Translations under genes and position numbers: made by a program
Part shown: positions 12,235-24,498 of the stretch, in pieces
Numbering within the stretch: position 1 is the stretch's first letter
Layout: each line of letters opens with the position of its first letter
Assembly (NCBI RefSeq): GCF_036321535.1
Contig: NC_087437.1
Span: 108,936,001-109,000,000, forward strand
Direction: 5' to 3'
Length of the DNA stretch: 64,000 nucleotides
Origin: Camelus dromedarius
Lineage: Eukaryota
Notes under the pieces: model-generated
The model's database searches: none
What the model was told of the DNA's origin: nothing
What the model saw: only the letters and a program-made list of their open reading frames with translations

Positions 12235-12519
12235 CACGGATCAAAAGTGTCAGTCGGTATTTTGTCCCTTTCTTAAACTCCCTTCATGCTAAAAGTTGGG
12301 ACTGACTAAGCCCAGTCAGAATTTGTCCTTAGTTCTATTTGAAAGTGCCAAAAAAGCAGTGAAAGTCCCTTTTCTTGGAAAGACTGCGTTTTCCCATCTA
12401 AATAACTCAGAGTTCTAATACAGGACATGATGGATTAGTGTCTTAAAGTATTTGCCCAGAAAACATAAAAGAGAATAGTTGATTAAAACAATAAGAGGGC
12501 CTGGGATAGACCAGTTGAC

Positions 12520-12735
12520 ATCAACTGGGAGTGATTTGCCCCCTCCAGGGACATCTGGCAAAGTCTAGAGACATTTTTTTGTTGTTATCACGACTAGGAT
12601 GGGGGCGGGGGGGGGCACTGGTATCTGGAGAGTAGAGGTCAGGGATTCTGCTAGACGTCCTGCAGCGCACAGGACAGCATCACAACAACAAAGAATTGTT
12701 TGGCCCAATGTACTGCCGGCACCAAGGTCAATGTG
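12520..12735 (+). mobile_element. MER20 (hAT-Charlie)
   Basis: GATTTGCCCCCTCCAGGGACATCTGGCAAAGTCTAGAGACATTTTT...GTAGAGGTCAGGGATTCTGCTA...GCACAGGACAGC. Confidence 0.85.
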
Positions 12736-13429
12736 TCCCGGGTTAGACTGATCACTGGGCAGTTGGGCAAATGCCAAGCGGAAGCACGATGCAGGGCCAT
12801 GGGTTTCTTGTCCTGTGATGTGCTTCCATGAGGTCCCTAGCATCCTGACCCTCAGTTTCCTTATTTGTAAAACGAAGCTTTTGGACAGACATCAGTTTGA
12901 ATGTTAGGACAGCCTGTTCACACTTCAGCTGCTTTAGCATTTAACCAAAGGTGGAAGTCCCTATTATCCTGGTAAAAGCTTTTTTTTTTTTTTTTTTTTT
13001 TTGCAAGTAACCCCAAAGCTTATAAATACTAAGATAAAGGAAGAGTTGTTCACTAAACTTATATAAATCCAGGGTTAATGGAATGGGAGGATGAAGGGTA
13101 AGTTACCAACCTTTAAACACAAGGATTAGGTTTTGATTGCTGCCCATCTGATTACACCTATTTACGGATTTCAAGCAGTCATGGCACCTTACAGAAAATG
13201 GGAGGGGAGGGCAGAGAAATGTATTCCCCAAATCTCTCTCCTTTATCAGAACGAAAATAATTTCACAGGTCAAAATATTTGAACACACTTATTATATTAA
13301 GGAGACACTGGGTAAACAGTTTTCCTACCTGTGCTAGTCTCAGCCTGAATTTTACCGTGTTTCCAAAAGATACCTATTCATGACTCAAAAGCAAGCATTT
13401 CTCTAGGTGTGTGTATGTTTGTGTTTTAA

Positions 13430-13500
13430 TTTTTTTTTAATTGAAGTAAAGTTGATTTACAGAATTATGTTAGTTTCAGGTATCCCACATAGTGATTCCC
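13430..13500 (-). mobile_element. Very short L1 3' terminal fragment
   Basis: TTTTTTAATTGAAGTAAAGTTGATTTACAGAATTATGTTAGTTTCAGGT. Confidence 0.65.
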
Positions 13501-14469
13501 CATAGGTGCTTATGTTTTAAGCAGACTTTTATTCAGAGAAATCGAAAGGCAAATTGTCTTCTATTATCATTTTCATCTTTTCATTCATTTGACAAGTTTC
13601 CCCCATCATATTTACCACTGCCTATCATCTGTATAACACAGAATCACTTAAGAATTTTCTATCTTCAAATATATTTACACTGTTCTTGCTATTAGCGATA
13701 ATGAAAATTTTATAGAACATTAAGAATGAGCACAGAGGTTCTATTAGTATTAAGATGAAGGTGTTTGCTTTAAAGTTAGAATTTAAGAAAAACGTAAACC
13801 ACATTTTACTCTGCAATGGCCCTGCTAAAGAATTTGCTAGTTGTGGGCCATTTAGTTTATGGAGACATGAAAAGAATGTGGTTACACGTGACTGAAGGTC
13901 AAATCTTTAATCATTGGTGTTGGTGTCTTTATGTCACTCTAGCACTTGGGCTTGGATGTATCATTAACGCAGCACAAACAAAGAACTAAAAGGGATCTGG
14001 AATTCAAGTTCAATTTAACAAAAGTTTACTATCCACTTACCAAGTGTAGGGCAGAGTAACAATAATAGGGCTGCAAAAACACAATCTCAGCCTTCTGCAC
14101 TTTGCAGGGCAGTAAATAGTCTTCCCAGAGGGTTTAAGTAGGAGTTGGGGGATACTGAGAAATTAAGTTGGGAAGTTCCACTGGGCTCTGGACATGGGAT
14201 GGTTTGAACAAAATAAAAATTTTGAAAAGATGAGTGAATGATGGGGCTGGACTTGAAGATAATTACCAGGGTTGCGATGCATGGGGAGGATGGAACTGAG
14301 ACTAGAGGCATGAGTGCTGTTAGGAGGCGAACAGGAAGGAGTGTGCAAGAGGAGAGAGTGGGAGCAACTGAACTGGAGACACACTAGGAGGGTTGGGAGA
14401 GACATAAAGAGAAGTAGGATCCAAGTGCCCTGGGATGGATCGCGTGTGTCATTGGAGCAAGACGAGGAG

Positions 14470-14645
14470 AAGTAATGTTTAATGAGCCCCTTCTGTGCCA
14501 GGCAATCATAGCTCTTCATATAGGTTGCATTATTTAATTCTCAGAACAACCTGAGAGGCAGATACAATTATCTCCATTCTCCAAAACCAGAATGTAAGGT
14601 TACATAATTTGTACAATGTTCCCCAGAGCTGGGATTCAAATGCAA
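14470..14645 (-). mobile_element. MIR SINE
   Basis: TGTGCCAGGCA...ATTTAATTCTCAGAACAACCTGAGAGGCAGATAC...AGAGCTGGGATTCAAA. Confidence 0.65.
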
Positions 14646-14656
14646 ATTGTCTTTTT

Positions 14657-14730
14657 CCCTCCCTCCCTCCCTCTCTCCTTTCCTTCCTTCCTTCCTTCCT
14701 TCTTTCCTTCCTTCTCTCTTTCTTTCTTCT
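14657..14730. repeat. (CCCT/CCTT)n polypyrimidine low-complexity tract, tail of the adjacent L2
   Basis: Direct reading. Confidence 0.85.
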
Positions 14731-15730
14731 ATTTGTTGAATACTTGTACTTTGCCAGGCATTCTGGAAGGTGTCAGGGACACAGCAGCAAACAATAGAAA
14801 CACGGATCCTGCCCTCAAGGAACTCTTAGTATAGTGAGTTAGGAAAGCATTGACTTAAACACCTACTGGGGTAGTCTTAAATACATCTAAACATCCTGTC
14901 AAAATGTAGAGCCTAATTCTTCTCCCCTTCAGTGTGAGGTGAACTTAAAGACTTGTTTCTAACAAACAGAATAAAGCAGAAGTGGCAATATGTGACTTTC
15001 AAGATGAGAACACAAAGACATAGGGGCTTCCTCCGCATCTGCTCTCTCTTGGATGACTTGCTTTGGGTAAGTGAGCTGCTGTGTTCTGTTGAGCCTCCAG
15101 CAGGTCTATGGAGAGACCCAAGTGGGAGGCCACATGAGTGAACCTGGAAGCAGATCCTCCAGACCCAGGTGAGACTCCAATTGTCTGCAGCTTGGCTGAC
15201 ATCTTGACTGCAGCCTCAGTAGAGACTCTGAGTCAGAACCGCCCAACTGAGCTGCTCCTGTTCCTAATTCTCAGCAACTTTGAGATAATAAATATTTGTT
15301 ATTTTAAGCTACTGAATTTTGTTTTTTTTTTAATGCAACAATAGATGAAAAAAGATACAACAAATAAATGAGATGAGTACAAAACAGAAAAGAAACAGTT
15401 TGTGAGTTTGTATAAGAAAGAGAATCTAACTGAAATGAGGTGTTTGAGATGGTTTCCTTAAGTATTGATGAGCAAGAGCCAAAGAAGCAAAGAGGGTAGG
15501 AGGAGGAAGGTGTCTAGACAGAACAAAGCACATGCAAAGGCACTGTGGCATGTTCAAAGACTTGGAGGGAGGCTGGGGTAGCCAAGCATGAAGAGGTAGG
15601 GAGGGTGTGATACATGAGTTTGCAGAATAAGGCAGGACTTTGAAGATCACATTAAGAATTTTGCCCTTAATCCTAAAAACAGTAAGAAGACACCAAAGAA
15701 TCCTAAGCAGAGGGATTAATATGTTAACAC
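14730..15730 (-). mobile_element. L2 fragment, split by an MLT1 LTR
   Basis: TATTTGTTGAATACTTGTACTTTGCCAGGC...CCTGCCCTCAAGGAACT, resuming at ~15350 with CATGCAAAGGCACTGTGG...AAGAATTTTGCCCTTAATCCT. Confidence 0.6.
14865..15350 (+). mobile_element. MLT1F/G-like MaLR solo LTR
   Basis: GTGAACCTGGAAGCAGATCCTCC...GCTGACATCTTGACTGCAGCCTCA..AGACTCTGAG...GAGATAATAAATATTTGTTATTTTAAGC. Confidence 0.8.
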
Positions 15731-17241
15731 ATTATCTTCTAGGGTAACATGTTTTAAGAGTTTTCTTTTTCAAGTTACTACATTTTAAGTTGCTGAGAGT
15801 GCTGTCCTGTAGAGAATTTATACTACACCTATTTAGTTAGCTTGCTGTATAGAACATACGGTTACTTATGTAGGGTTATAATATACATTTTACTTGAGAA
15901 GTCATTTTAATGAATATTTTTCTCCTTAGAAAATAAGTAAACCCTTAGTAGTAGCATGTAGCCTGGCAGAACAGAAGACAGGTGGATTGCAGAAATCCTC
16001 ATTAGAAGGCAGGATTATTAGTGTCACTCAGTTAAATATGTTCATTGTGACAGTGGAGGTAGACTCAGACTGTTTTTTACTGTCCATCTCATGTTTCAAA
16101 CATCGAGTTGCCACACATCAAGCTGATAAGAGAATATTCTTAAGCGATTAGAACTTTTAAGACAGTATTTTCCACCTTGTCTGGGTTATTTTTCAAGAAT
16201 GAAAAAAATCAAAGATGGATGTGCGGATCACATCACAATGTGTGAAATGTACACAGGCCGAGATGAAATCACCCACAAAGCTGAGAGCAACAACCTTCAG
16301 CTTCTGCAAACACCCTTCCAGTTCTAATACTCAATGTTTTAATTAACTGGGACTATATTGTTTCCCATGGTTAGAAACAAACGCTCTCTGAAAGAAAAAT
16401 GTCTTGTACTCAAGAGAGTTCTATATTCTAGGGTTAAAATCACATCCATTTCATTTTGCTCTCTGAATCTTTGAAAATGTTCCTAATCAGTCCTCATGTT
16501 TCCACATTTCTGAGACAGCTCCGGGGCAGGTAGATAAAAGGGGCAGCTTTTACGAGAGTAGATTATCGAAGTGATGATAATAACCATGAGGTGATGATGG
16601 TCTGAGTCACCCAAGCTGGAAAACAGAAATTTCCCTAAGGAGTCCATCTTTTTTTATTTTTTTAATTGAATGAAAGATTCTTTAAACTCTACCATGCTTT
16701 AAAATTTTCAAAAGCTTCACACACATGATTTTATCTAATCCTGTAGTAAGTTTGTCTTTTAAAAACTTTTCCTCGGCAGCTTTTGGACTAAGAAGTTTAA
16801 GATAAGAATTCTGAGCAGAAGGGCTGAGCCAGCATAAGTACTGGGGGAAGAGTTTTTCAACAGCCAAACGAGGAGGAAGAATTTGCGTCTGTGATCTGCT
16901 TCACTAACCGATTTTATCCGTCACTGGACGTGTCTGGGCAGGGCAGCTCTCTCAGGTCTGAGTTTTGAAAAGGGAAAGATGAAGAGATAGTAGGACCAGG
17001 TAAAATGGTGCATGAAACGGCTTCCCCCCTCAGATTCTTAATTGCCTGTTCACTTCTCAAAAATGGAGTGAATGCTGAATGAGCTGACGTTCCCCCATCG
17101 TTCCTGTAAATAAGGATGTGACTCACCAGCCCTGAAAGCTCCAGAATGCCATAGAAACTACGGTGATTTGATTATTTAAAAATAGCTGGGAAAAGAGCGA
17201 GAAAGTGGTCATGGGTAAACTGGAGTGCTTTCTTTTTCAAA

Positions 17242-17373
17242 CAAATTTTAAAAAATTTTGTTTCTTTAAAAATTTTTTTCTTTTTGTTTCTTTAAATTTT
17301 TTTTTTTTTTTTAATGAGGGGGAAGTAATTTTAGGTTTATTTGTTTATTTTTTTTAAATGGAGGTACTGGGAT
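17242..17373 (-). mobile_element. 5'-truncated Vic-1-type SINE (tail and 3' core only)
   Basis: GGGGGAAGTAATTTTAGGTTTATTTG...ATGGAGGTACTGGGAT. Possible TSD CTTTTTCAAA at 17232 and 17380. Confidence 0.75.
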
Positions 17374-17959
17374 ATAAGACTTTTTCAAAATAAAATAAAA
17401 AAATTTTTAAATGTAACTTGTTATTGTGTCTAGCCCTAAGTGTTCTGAGAACATCTGGGCTGCTGACCAAATTTTAGGGTTTTATGATTTCTGGAAATGA
17501 ACATGGTGAACACGGTGGCCAGATCAGACCCCAGGCAGGAAAGAAGACTCAGGATTTACCACGGGGTCTTTGTGGTCTGCCTATAGCCCTATTTGATTGT
17601 CTGGTCTCCTTTTCTGTAAAGTGGAGACAGGTGAGCATGGATGGCATTTGAATACACTGACCCCTACCCGCAAACTGTTACACAGCCATTGCAGTATTAT
17701 CAATATAGGTATTTAGGATGCTAAGAATAATAATAGTGGTAAGAATGGCAATAGCTTATATTAAGCCTACTGAATGGCAGTCACTGATCTTTAGCCAGCT
17801 GATATGGAAATAGAAAAAACAAGGAACCTCCTTAGTATTGGCACAAAACCCCTCTAATTAAGATTTTCCAGCAAACCTAAGTATGAATTTGAGACTTACG
17901 ACTAAGTTGCACTCAGGGGATCTTCGTTTCCTTTAAGTCTGTTTTACCGGATCCTGATG

Positions 17960-18410
17960 AGGGAAAGTCCCTTAATGAAAGGACTGTTTACAAAGTTGGG
18001 GGCAGAGGTGAGAGACATCAGGAGGGCTAGTGAAGCCCTTGGGATCGGCAGCCTCAGGAAAGTCTCTCCTGTGCCTTCAGGGGCGAAGGAGGGAGGAGGC
18101 GGTACTAAGACATGGCAGGACCTGTGTCTGTAGGAGAGGGCATCCCCTCACCGCACTCCTCAAAACCTTGTTCTTTTGTTGGGCAGTGAGGCCACAGCCT
18201 ACCCAGGACTTGGCAGGGAGAAACCAGGAGGATGATTACCTCAGTCTTTCTTCCTGTCCCTCCATCTTCTGCCGATGGCTCCCATTGGCCAAATTCAGCC
18301 AGAAACCAGAGGATGAAGGAGGCTAGTTGCTGTGGTCCATGTAGTCAGTTCCCAGGGTACAGAGCAGAGTGGGAAGTGGAGAGAGTGGATCTGTGGAGGC
18401 CCTGGGGAGC
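17960..18410 (-). mobile_element. LTR33-like ERVL LTR
   Basis: CTCCCATTGGCCAAATTCAGCCAGAAACCAGAGG...GGTACAGAGCAGAGTGGGAAGTGGAGAGAGTGGATCTG. Confidence 0.55.
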
Positions 18411-18599
18411 CTCCAGCGCACACGAGCAACAAGCAGAAGAGATGCACGTGCCTCAGAAGCTCATACAGAAAGCAGGACGGCCAGACTTGTGATTTGAATC
18501 CCGTGGTCCTTCCTAGTCATTTATAAAGCCCCCTTCAATGTCTGGAAAGGTGAACCAGGAGGAAAGCAGTTTCTCCTCCCCGGGGATGGATCAGGGGTG

Positions 18600-18801
18600 A
18601 GGTTGCCAGAGAAAATACAAGATGCCCAGTTAAACTGAATTTCAGAAGTCAGACAAATGATGAACAATTTTTTAGTATAAGTATGTCCTAAACATTGCAT
18701 GGTACATACTCATATCAAAAAAAAATTGATTTTTGCTGTTCATCTGAAGTTCAGTTTTAACTGGGAATCCTGCATTTTTATTGGATAATATTGGCAACCC
18801 T
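18600..18801. mobile_element. MER53 palindromic hAT MITE
   Basis: GGTTGCCAGAGAAAATACAAGATGCCCAGTTAAA...TTTAACTGGGAATCCTGCATTTT...TGGCAACCCT; whole-element inverted symmetry. Confidence 0.85.
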
Positions 18802-20072
18802 AATTAGGGAGGATGGTGTAGAGAAGACACTGCAAGTGTATTCATGTAATCCTCCCCCCACCCGCCACCCGTGTGCTTCACTGCAGTTTGTTTAGTGAGA
18901 AGCACGAGCCCTGGGCGTAGAAAATGGTGTCGCGCTTCCAAAACCTTGTTCTTGCAACACCAGTGTTTGAAATATTCATAACACACAAAACCGGAAAAGG
19001 AAACAAAACAAAACAAAACACTGATTCATGGTCACATAAATTTGAGAAACACTGGGCTAAATTAAAGAGTTCCCGTAGCTTTAGGATTTCTCCTAGCACT
19101 TCATGCTAAGATGCATTGTGACACCAATGATAGTGTTTCCTTGCTGGATTTAAAAACCATCACAACTAACAAGCAACAGGCTCAATATCCTTTTCTTTCA
19201 CAGTGACCATGGGTTTCCACTGAAATGCAGCTTAAATTTAATAAAGTCATTTTGGGGTCCATCATGTTAAAACAGAATTTCACCGTCATCTTAAAATCTT
19301 GCTTTAAGGTTTAATTTGTATTTATAAAAAAAGTTTTAAAGCTCCCCATACATGTTTGCAAACTGATAGAATTCTATTGAATAAGAGATTGTGGTCCACT
19401 TGATACTGCATGGTTTTGCTTAGCTTAATATGAAGCACCAATTAAAACCAAATATCACCCGAGCAGGGATAATTCTAGATTTTTCAGGGAGAAAAACGAG
19501 GATAAAAACATCAGCCTTCTCTGCCTCACAAAGTTACTTGTGGAAAGAAGCAAAGTAGTGTGGTGAAGGGCTGCACAAAACGTTACTGTGTGGTGATAAG
19601 TTTTATTATTACCCTCCCTGTAGAGTTAGTGGGCACACAGGTCTCACAGGTTTTCTGTCTTTCTCGTCATAGGCGTTTTAGTTAATCTGCTGTACAATCC
19701 ATAATTCTGTCCTGTAGTGTGAAATGGAAGGATAAGCGAGGTACAACAGTTAGGATTAGAATTAGCTGTGAAGAGCAGATACCTCTGTCTCCCACAAACT
19801 ATTACCACCAGATCACAGTGTGTTAAATACAGTGCAAGTTTCTTTCCCCTATGATGTAGAAAACTGGGGTTGCAGAGCTCTGGGTTGATATGCAGTTTCT
19901 GTTCCATAAAATCTTCAGGGCCTCAAGCTTTTCTGCCATTATTTAGCTATGTCCCTCATTGTCATGGACTAAGATGGTGACAGCTGGAGGAGGAAGGGAT
20001 GAAGAAGGGGATGGGCCTAGAAGTGGGCTGGCTGTCCTGGGAGCTGCCACAAGATACTTCCAGTGACATCCC

Positions 20073-20687
20073 TGAGATGGTTAATTTTATGTGTCAGCTT
20101 GACTGAGCCCCCGGGTGCCCAGATATTTGCTCAAACATTATTCTAGGTGTGTCTGTGGGGGTGACTTTGCATGTGATTTACATTTAAATTGGAAGACTGA
20201 ATAAGCAGATTGTTCTTCCTAATGTGGGTGGGCCTCATCTAATCAGTCGAAGGCCTGAATAGAGCAAAAAGGCTGACTTTTCTGTGAGGAACTCCTCCTG
20301 CCTGTCTGTGTTGAGCTGGGGTGTCAATTCTTTCTTGCCTCTAGAGTTGAACAGAAACACTTGCTCCTTCTGAGGCTCAAGCCTGCTGACCTTCAGATGA
20401 AAACTGCACCACTGGGCTTTCCTGGGTGTTCAGCTTGAAGATGACAGATCTTGGGACTTGTCAGCCTCCACCATCAAGTGAATGGACTTTCTTTTCTATT
20501 TTCTTTTCTTTTTTTGGAGGGAGAGGTAATTAGGTTATTTATTTATTTATTCTTAATGGAGGTAGGACCTTCTGCGTGCTAAGAACATGCTCTACCACCG
20601 AGCATACCCTCCCCCTGAATCAACTTCTTATAATAAATCTCTCTCTCTCCTATTGGTTCTGTTTCTCTGCAAACTCTGACTAATACA
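20073..20687 (+). mobile_element. MLT2 (ERVL) solo LTR containing a Vic-1 insertion
   Basis: TGAGATGGTTAATTTTATGTGTCAGCTTGACT...CCTATTGGTTCTGTTTCTCTG...GACTAATACA. Confidence 0.9.
20491..20615 (-). mobile_element. Vic-1-type SINE with a deleted B box
   Basis: ATGGAGGT|AGGACC lacks ACTGGGGATTGAACCC present in the other copies. Degenerate TSD TGAAT..ACTT. Confidence 0.8.
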
Positions 20688-21604
20688 ATCTTATTGCCTG
20701 AACCTTAGTATGGAAAAGGGGGGCAGTTATAGGGGATGAAACATGTCAGGGTGCAAGTAGGAGATTCTGCTGCAGGAAGGAACCTCAGCTCCTTCTGGGC
20801 ACTTGTGAGTCAGCAGCAATGTTGGTGCAGACTTTTATTTTGGGAGCTGATCAAGAGTATTGCCAAATCTGTAGGCCAAGTTCTCCATCTATCAAATTGC
20901 ACAGCAGTGCCTTCCTCTCTCCTACCAGATGAGATTTCTTGGAAGATATTAATCATGTCCAAATGTCTATCCAGAATATGTTTAGTACAAATACGTCTAC
21001 AAATAGAAAGCTCTGTCACTTCGTGCGGTGATGTGCATTTATGTGTATATGAATGTGTGTGTGTTAAGCATGAAAATGGGATATTTGGTCTGTCTGAATG
21101 CCTGAAATGGAAGTAAGGGTGACTGATTTCGTACAGTAAGTGATACACTCCCAGGTTGTTGGCATTTTCCTTTTCTTACACAAAATGAAATCTGTCAAGA
21201 AGATTTTGACAATGATGCCAAATTCTTTCACTCAGTTCTTAGATTGGGGATTCTGAAGCCATTTCACTGGCGAGGGGCAGATGTCACCCCATTATTCGAG
21301 GTCTAGTCCTTGATTTTAGAAGCAGTTACTCAAGCTCTTGTCAATACTGTTAATTAACTTGCATCTCTTCTCAAGCTCTGCACAAGGACCATAGTTCCTG
21401 ATGGTTGTTGCTCAAGGTCATTTCTTGCCTCCTGTTCCTTCTATCTCGGGAAGAGCATGGGATGATGGGGTCTCAGTTTGGTTTGCTATTATTCTTGGAT
21501 CCTAACCTAAGACTATCAGAAAAATCAGTAGGTGGAAAGTTGAATAAACACTGACTTTTAATTTATAATTGGTTACCAGACGTAAAGAAAGCTTTACTCA
21601 GCCT

Positions 21605-21781
21605 CAGGACCAATTGCATAATTGGAAGGGTCAATTGCAAAATGAAAATCTGGGGCCCCTTGTTTCAAAAGTTACTAAGAATCTCAAGATGGTGACCACA
21701 GAGCATTAAAGCTCGTACAGGGCCCTTGTGAGCGTGGGTCCTGTGCACCTGCACCGGTGGCACATCTGTGATGCTGACCCC
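21605..21781 (-). mobile_element. MER45A-like hAT-Tip100 MITE
   Basis: CAGGACCAATTGCATAATT...TGCAAAATGAAAATCTGGGGCCCCTTGTT...AGAGCATTAAA...CCTGTGCACCTGCAC. Confidence 0.75.
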
Positions 21782-22288
21782 ACTTAGCACTTTACATTTA
21801 GCACTTTGATGTCCCTGAAGTCCCCACCAAACTCTTGCCTCCTCCCCTCACCCCACGTCCTCAAATCTTCCCTTACCTCTGAAATCTTTACTTTGTCTAA
21901 CACTGTGGGACACAAGAGTATCTGATGAGAAAGCACTCATTGGATTTAACCATGTTTGTTTTTCCCCTTTTTATTCCTGAACATCAGCGCTCATAGACAT
22001 TTCTTGTCTTCGGATGCATTGTCTTAGGCAGCTTCCTCGTCACGGATACACAGGTGGCGAACCTTCGTGGGGATGTTAGTAGGGGACTGATTTCTACCAA
22101 ATAAACCAGGACTATCCATCAAAGTCCCTTGAGACTTAACATGAAAGACGGCCTATACGAATCAGATCATCCACATGTAGTGAAGAGTGAGGGAGATGGG
22201 ACGTACCTGGGTCATGAAAGATTTATGAGGCAGATGAGAGGCAGGCAGGTTAGACAATCAAAGTAGATTCTGATTGTCTTATTTCCCG

Positions 22289-22777
22289 TGTATTAGGGCT
22301 CTCCAGAGAAACAGAATCAACAGTATAAGTAGAAATATACTCACGCAGTTATGAAGGCAGGCAAGTTCCAAGATTTTCAGGGTGGGTTTGTAAGCTGGAG
22401 ACTCAGGAGAGTTGATAGTGTAAATTCCAGCCTGAGTCTGAAAGTCTGAGAACCAGGAGAGCCAGTAGTGTAGCTCCTGTTCCAGGAAGCACAACTGGGA
22501 CCTAGGAGGAGCTAATGCCCCATTTTGATGACTTTCAGGCAGAAAGAATCACTCTTATGTGGGGGAGGGTCAGCCTTTTTGTTCTAGTCAAGCCTTCAGG
22601 GCACTGTGAGGCCCACCCACATCAGAGAGGGCAATCTGCTTTACTCAGTGGATTGATTTCAATGTTACTCTCATCCCACCCCCTGCCCCCACCCCAGAAG
22701 CACCCAGAATAATGTTTGACCAAATATCTGGGCACCCTGTGGCCCAGTCAACTTGACACATAACATTAACCATCATA
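22289..22777 (-). mobile_element. MLT2 (ERVL) solo LTR
   Basis: TGTATTAGGGCTCTCCAGAGAAACAGAA...CCAAATATCTGGGCACCCTGTGGCCCAGTCAACTTGACACATAACATTAACCATCA. Confidence 0.9.
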
Positions 22778-23011
22778 AATACCCTGTCTTCACAAACTCT
22801 GTATAGTACTTCAAAGTCCTGTCTTCACACTTAGTGCAGAAAGCTAGCTCATCCTATTTGGCCATAACTGAAGATTTGATTAGAACAGGGCACATTAGAA
22901 AATTAGAAGGTACATTCTTACATTAACAGTTTACTGAGAACTTGCTTTGTGCTACAAGCAGCGGCTGTGAAAATGACTAAGAACAGCTGATTAATCCAAA
23001 AGACATCGTTT

Positions 23012-23113
23012 GGGGAAGGGTATAGCTCAGTGGTAGAGACCATGCTTAGCATGCACGAGGTCCTGGGTTCAATCCCCAGTACCTCCATTCAAAAAATAAA
23101 TAAATAAAATAAA
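23012..23113 (+). mobile_element. Vic-1-type SINE, near-consensus
   Basis: A box TAGCTCAGTGG (23023-23033), B box GGGTTCAATCCC (23065-23076), and an A-rich tail. Confidence 0.9.
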
Positions 23114-23779
23114 GCAAATATCCCTTTCCTAAGATTCAAACATAGTGCAGCAGAATTTCAATATTAAAAAAAATAAAGGATGTTAAGAAGCAGCTTGATT
23201 TAAGTGGGTTTCACTGGAGAACTTCCTTTCTTCACTTTTTATTCCTCTTACCAGAGATACGACTTTCTCTTCTCTAGTGATTGCAATTTTTTTAAGAGTT
23301 GGAACGCTATAAATGTCTCACCGCTGCTGTGCAGAATAGGGTTGGGTTATGCAGGAAATAGAGAATGTGGGGTGAGGGGAATCACCCAAAGAGGGCTAGA
23401 AAGTAGCTCTGGTTAGAGGCTCAGACTCTGTGGGGGAACAAGGGTTGGAAGGAGTACACAGAGGGAATAATAAGAAAGAAACTTGGATGGAGCAGAGACA
23501 GCGAGACTGAAAGGAAGGTGAGGTGAGCCAGGACATTTGGTCGTTTTCAGCTCTATGTACTTGTCAAGAAGATGCTTAGATCACGAGGAGAAAAGAAACC
23601 AGCCTGGAGGTGATGTGGTAAGAGAGGAAGAAGAGCTGTCATTGCTGACTTCCTTGAGAAAACCTGTTAAGAAAAAGCTTAAAGCCTCGAAAGACAGTGG
23701 CGCCTACGGGTCAGAACAAGCTTGAACAAGAAGATTTGATTAATTCAGTAAACATTGATGCCAGGTTCTCCCTAACTAT

Positions 23780-24125
23780 AAGCATTTGTTTATGCTGCCC
23801 TCTCTGCCTGGAATGCCTTTGCTCTCTGCCAGCCACTGGTTGACTCCTAATAATGACTAGGTCTCTTCCTTTCTGCTGTTTCCTCTTGGACCCCTGGAGA
23901 CTGGCTTTGATGCCTTTCCTCTGTGTTCTTACCCTATTTTAGAACTTACACAGATTGAAATTGCCTCCTGACATGCCTGTTTTCCTGAAGGAACTGGGAG
24001 CTCCTTAATGCATGGTTGTGTCTTATTTAAAGTTGTAGCTCCAGAATATACTTCAATGTTTGGCACCTGGTAAGAACTCGATGGATCTTTGATAACTGAA
24101 AGAAGGAAGGAAAGAATGAACAAGG
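23780..24125 (+). mobile_element. L2 3' fragment
   Basis: CCCTCTCTGCCTGGAATGCCTT...ACTGGGAGCTCCTT...TGTTTGGCACCTGGTAAGAACTC. Confidence 0.55.
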
Positions 24126-24339
24126 ACCTCATTCCTGTTATCTCAGTGACATTTAAGACACTGGTGGTAGAGCACCAGGAAGAGTGAGGTAGGAGTGGTG
24201 GTGAAACAAAGGAATTGGACGTGGTTCCTGGCCTCAAAGAGCCTACAGCCTGGATAACACCTGTGACTCATGGTGTAATACAAGGCAAGTGACATAATAC
24301 AGTACTCCAGCACAGGACAGGAGAGGCATTCAATTTAAT

Positions 24340-24498
24340 AGATAAATATATGGAGTGCCCAATTAAATTTGAATCCTAGATAAACTACAAATAGCACATA
24401 CATGTCTCATGGAATATTTGGGACATTCTAGTACTACAAGTTATTAATCATTTATGAAAATTAAGATTGGATAAGACCTCTTGTATTTTATCAACCCT
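24340..24498. mobile_element. Degraded MER53
   Basis: TGCCCAATTAAATTTGAATCCTAGATAAAC...TGGGACAT...TGTATTTTATCAACCCT. Confidence 0.6.

Larger units (their letters stand above)
11275..12255 (+). other. MAP3K7CL: MAP3K7CL 3' UTR (end inferred)
   Basis: Repeat-free AT-rich stretch after the stop with poly(A) hexamers at 11807, 11905 and 12229. Repeats resume at ~12520. Confidence 0.6.

Noticed and set aside
23012..23090. tRNA-like sequence with A and B boxes
   Set aside because: Head of a Vic-1 SINE with an A-rich tail and seven related copies in the window; not a tRNA gene.
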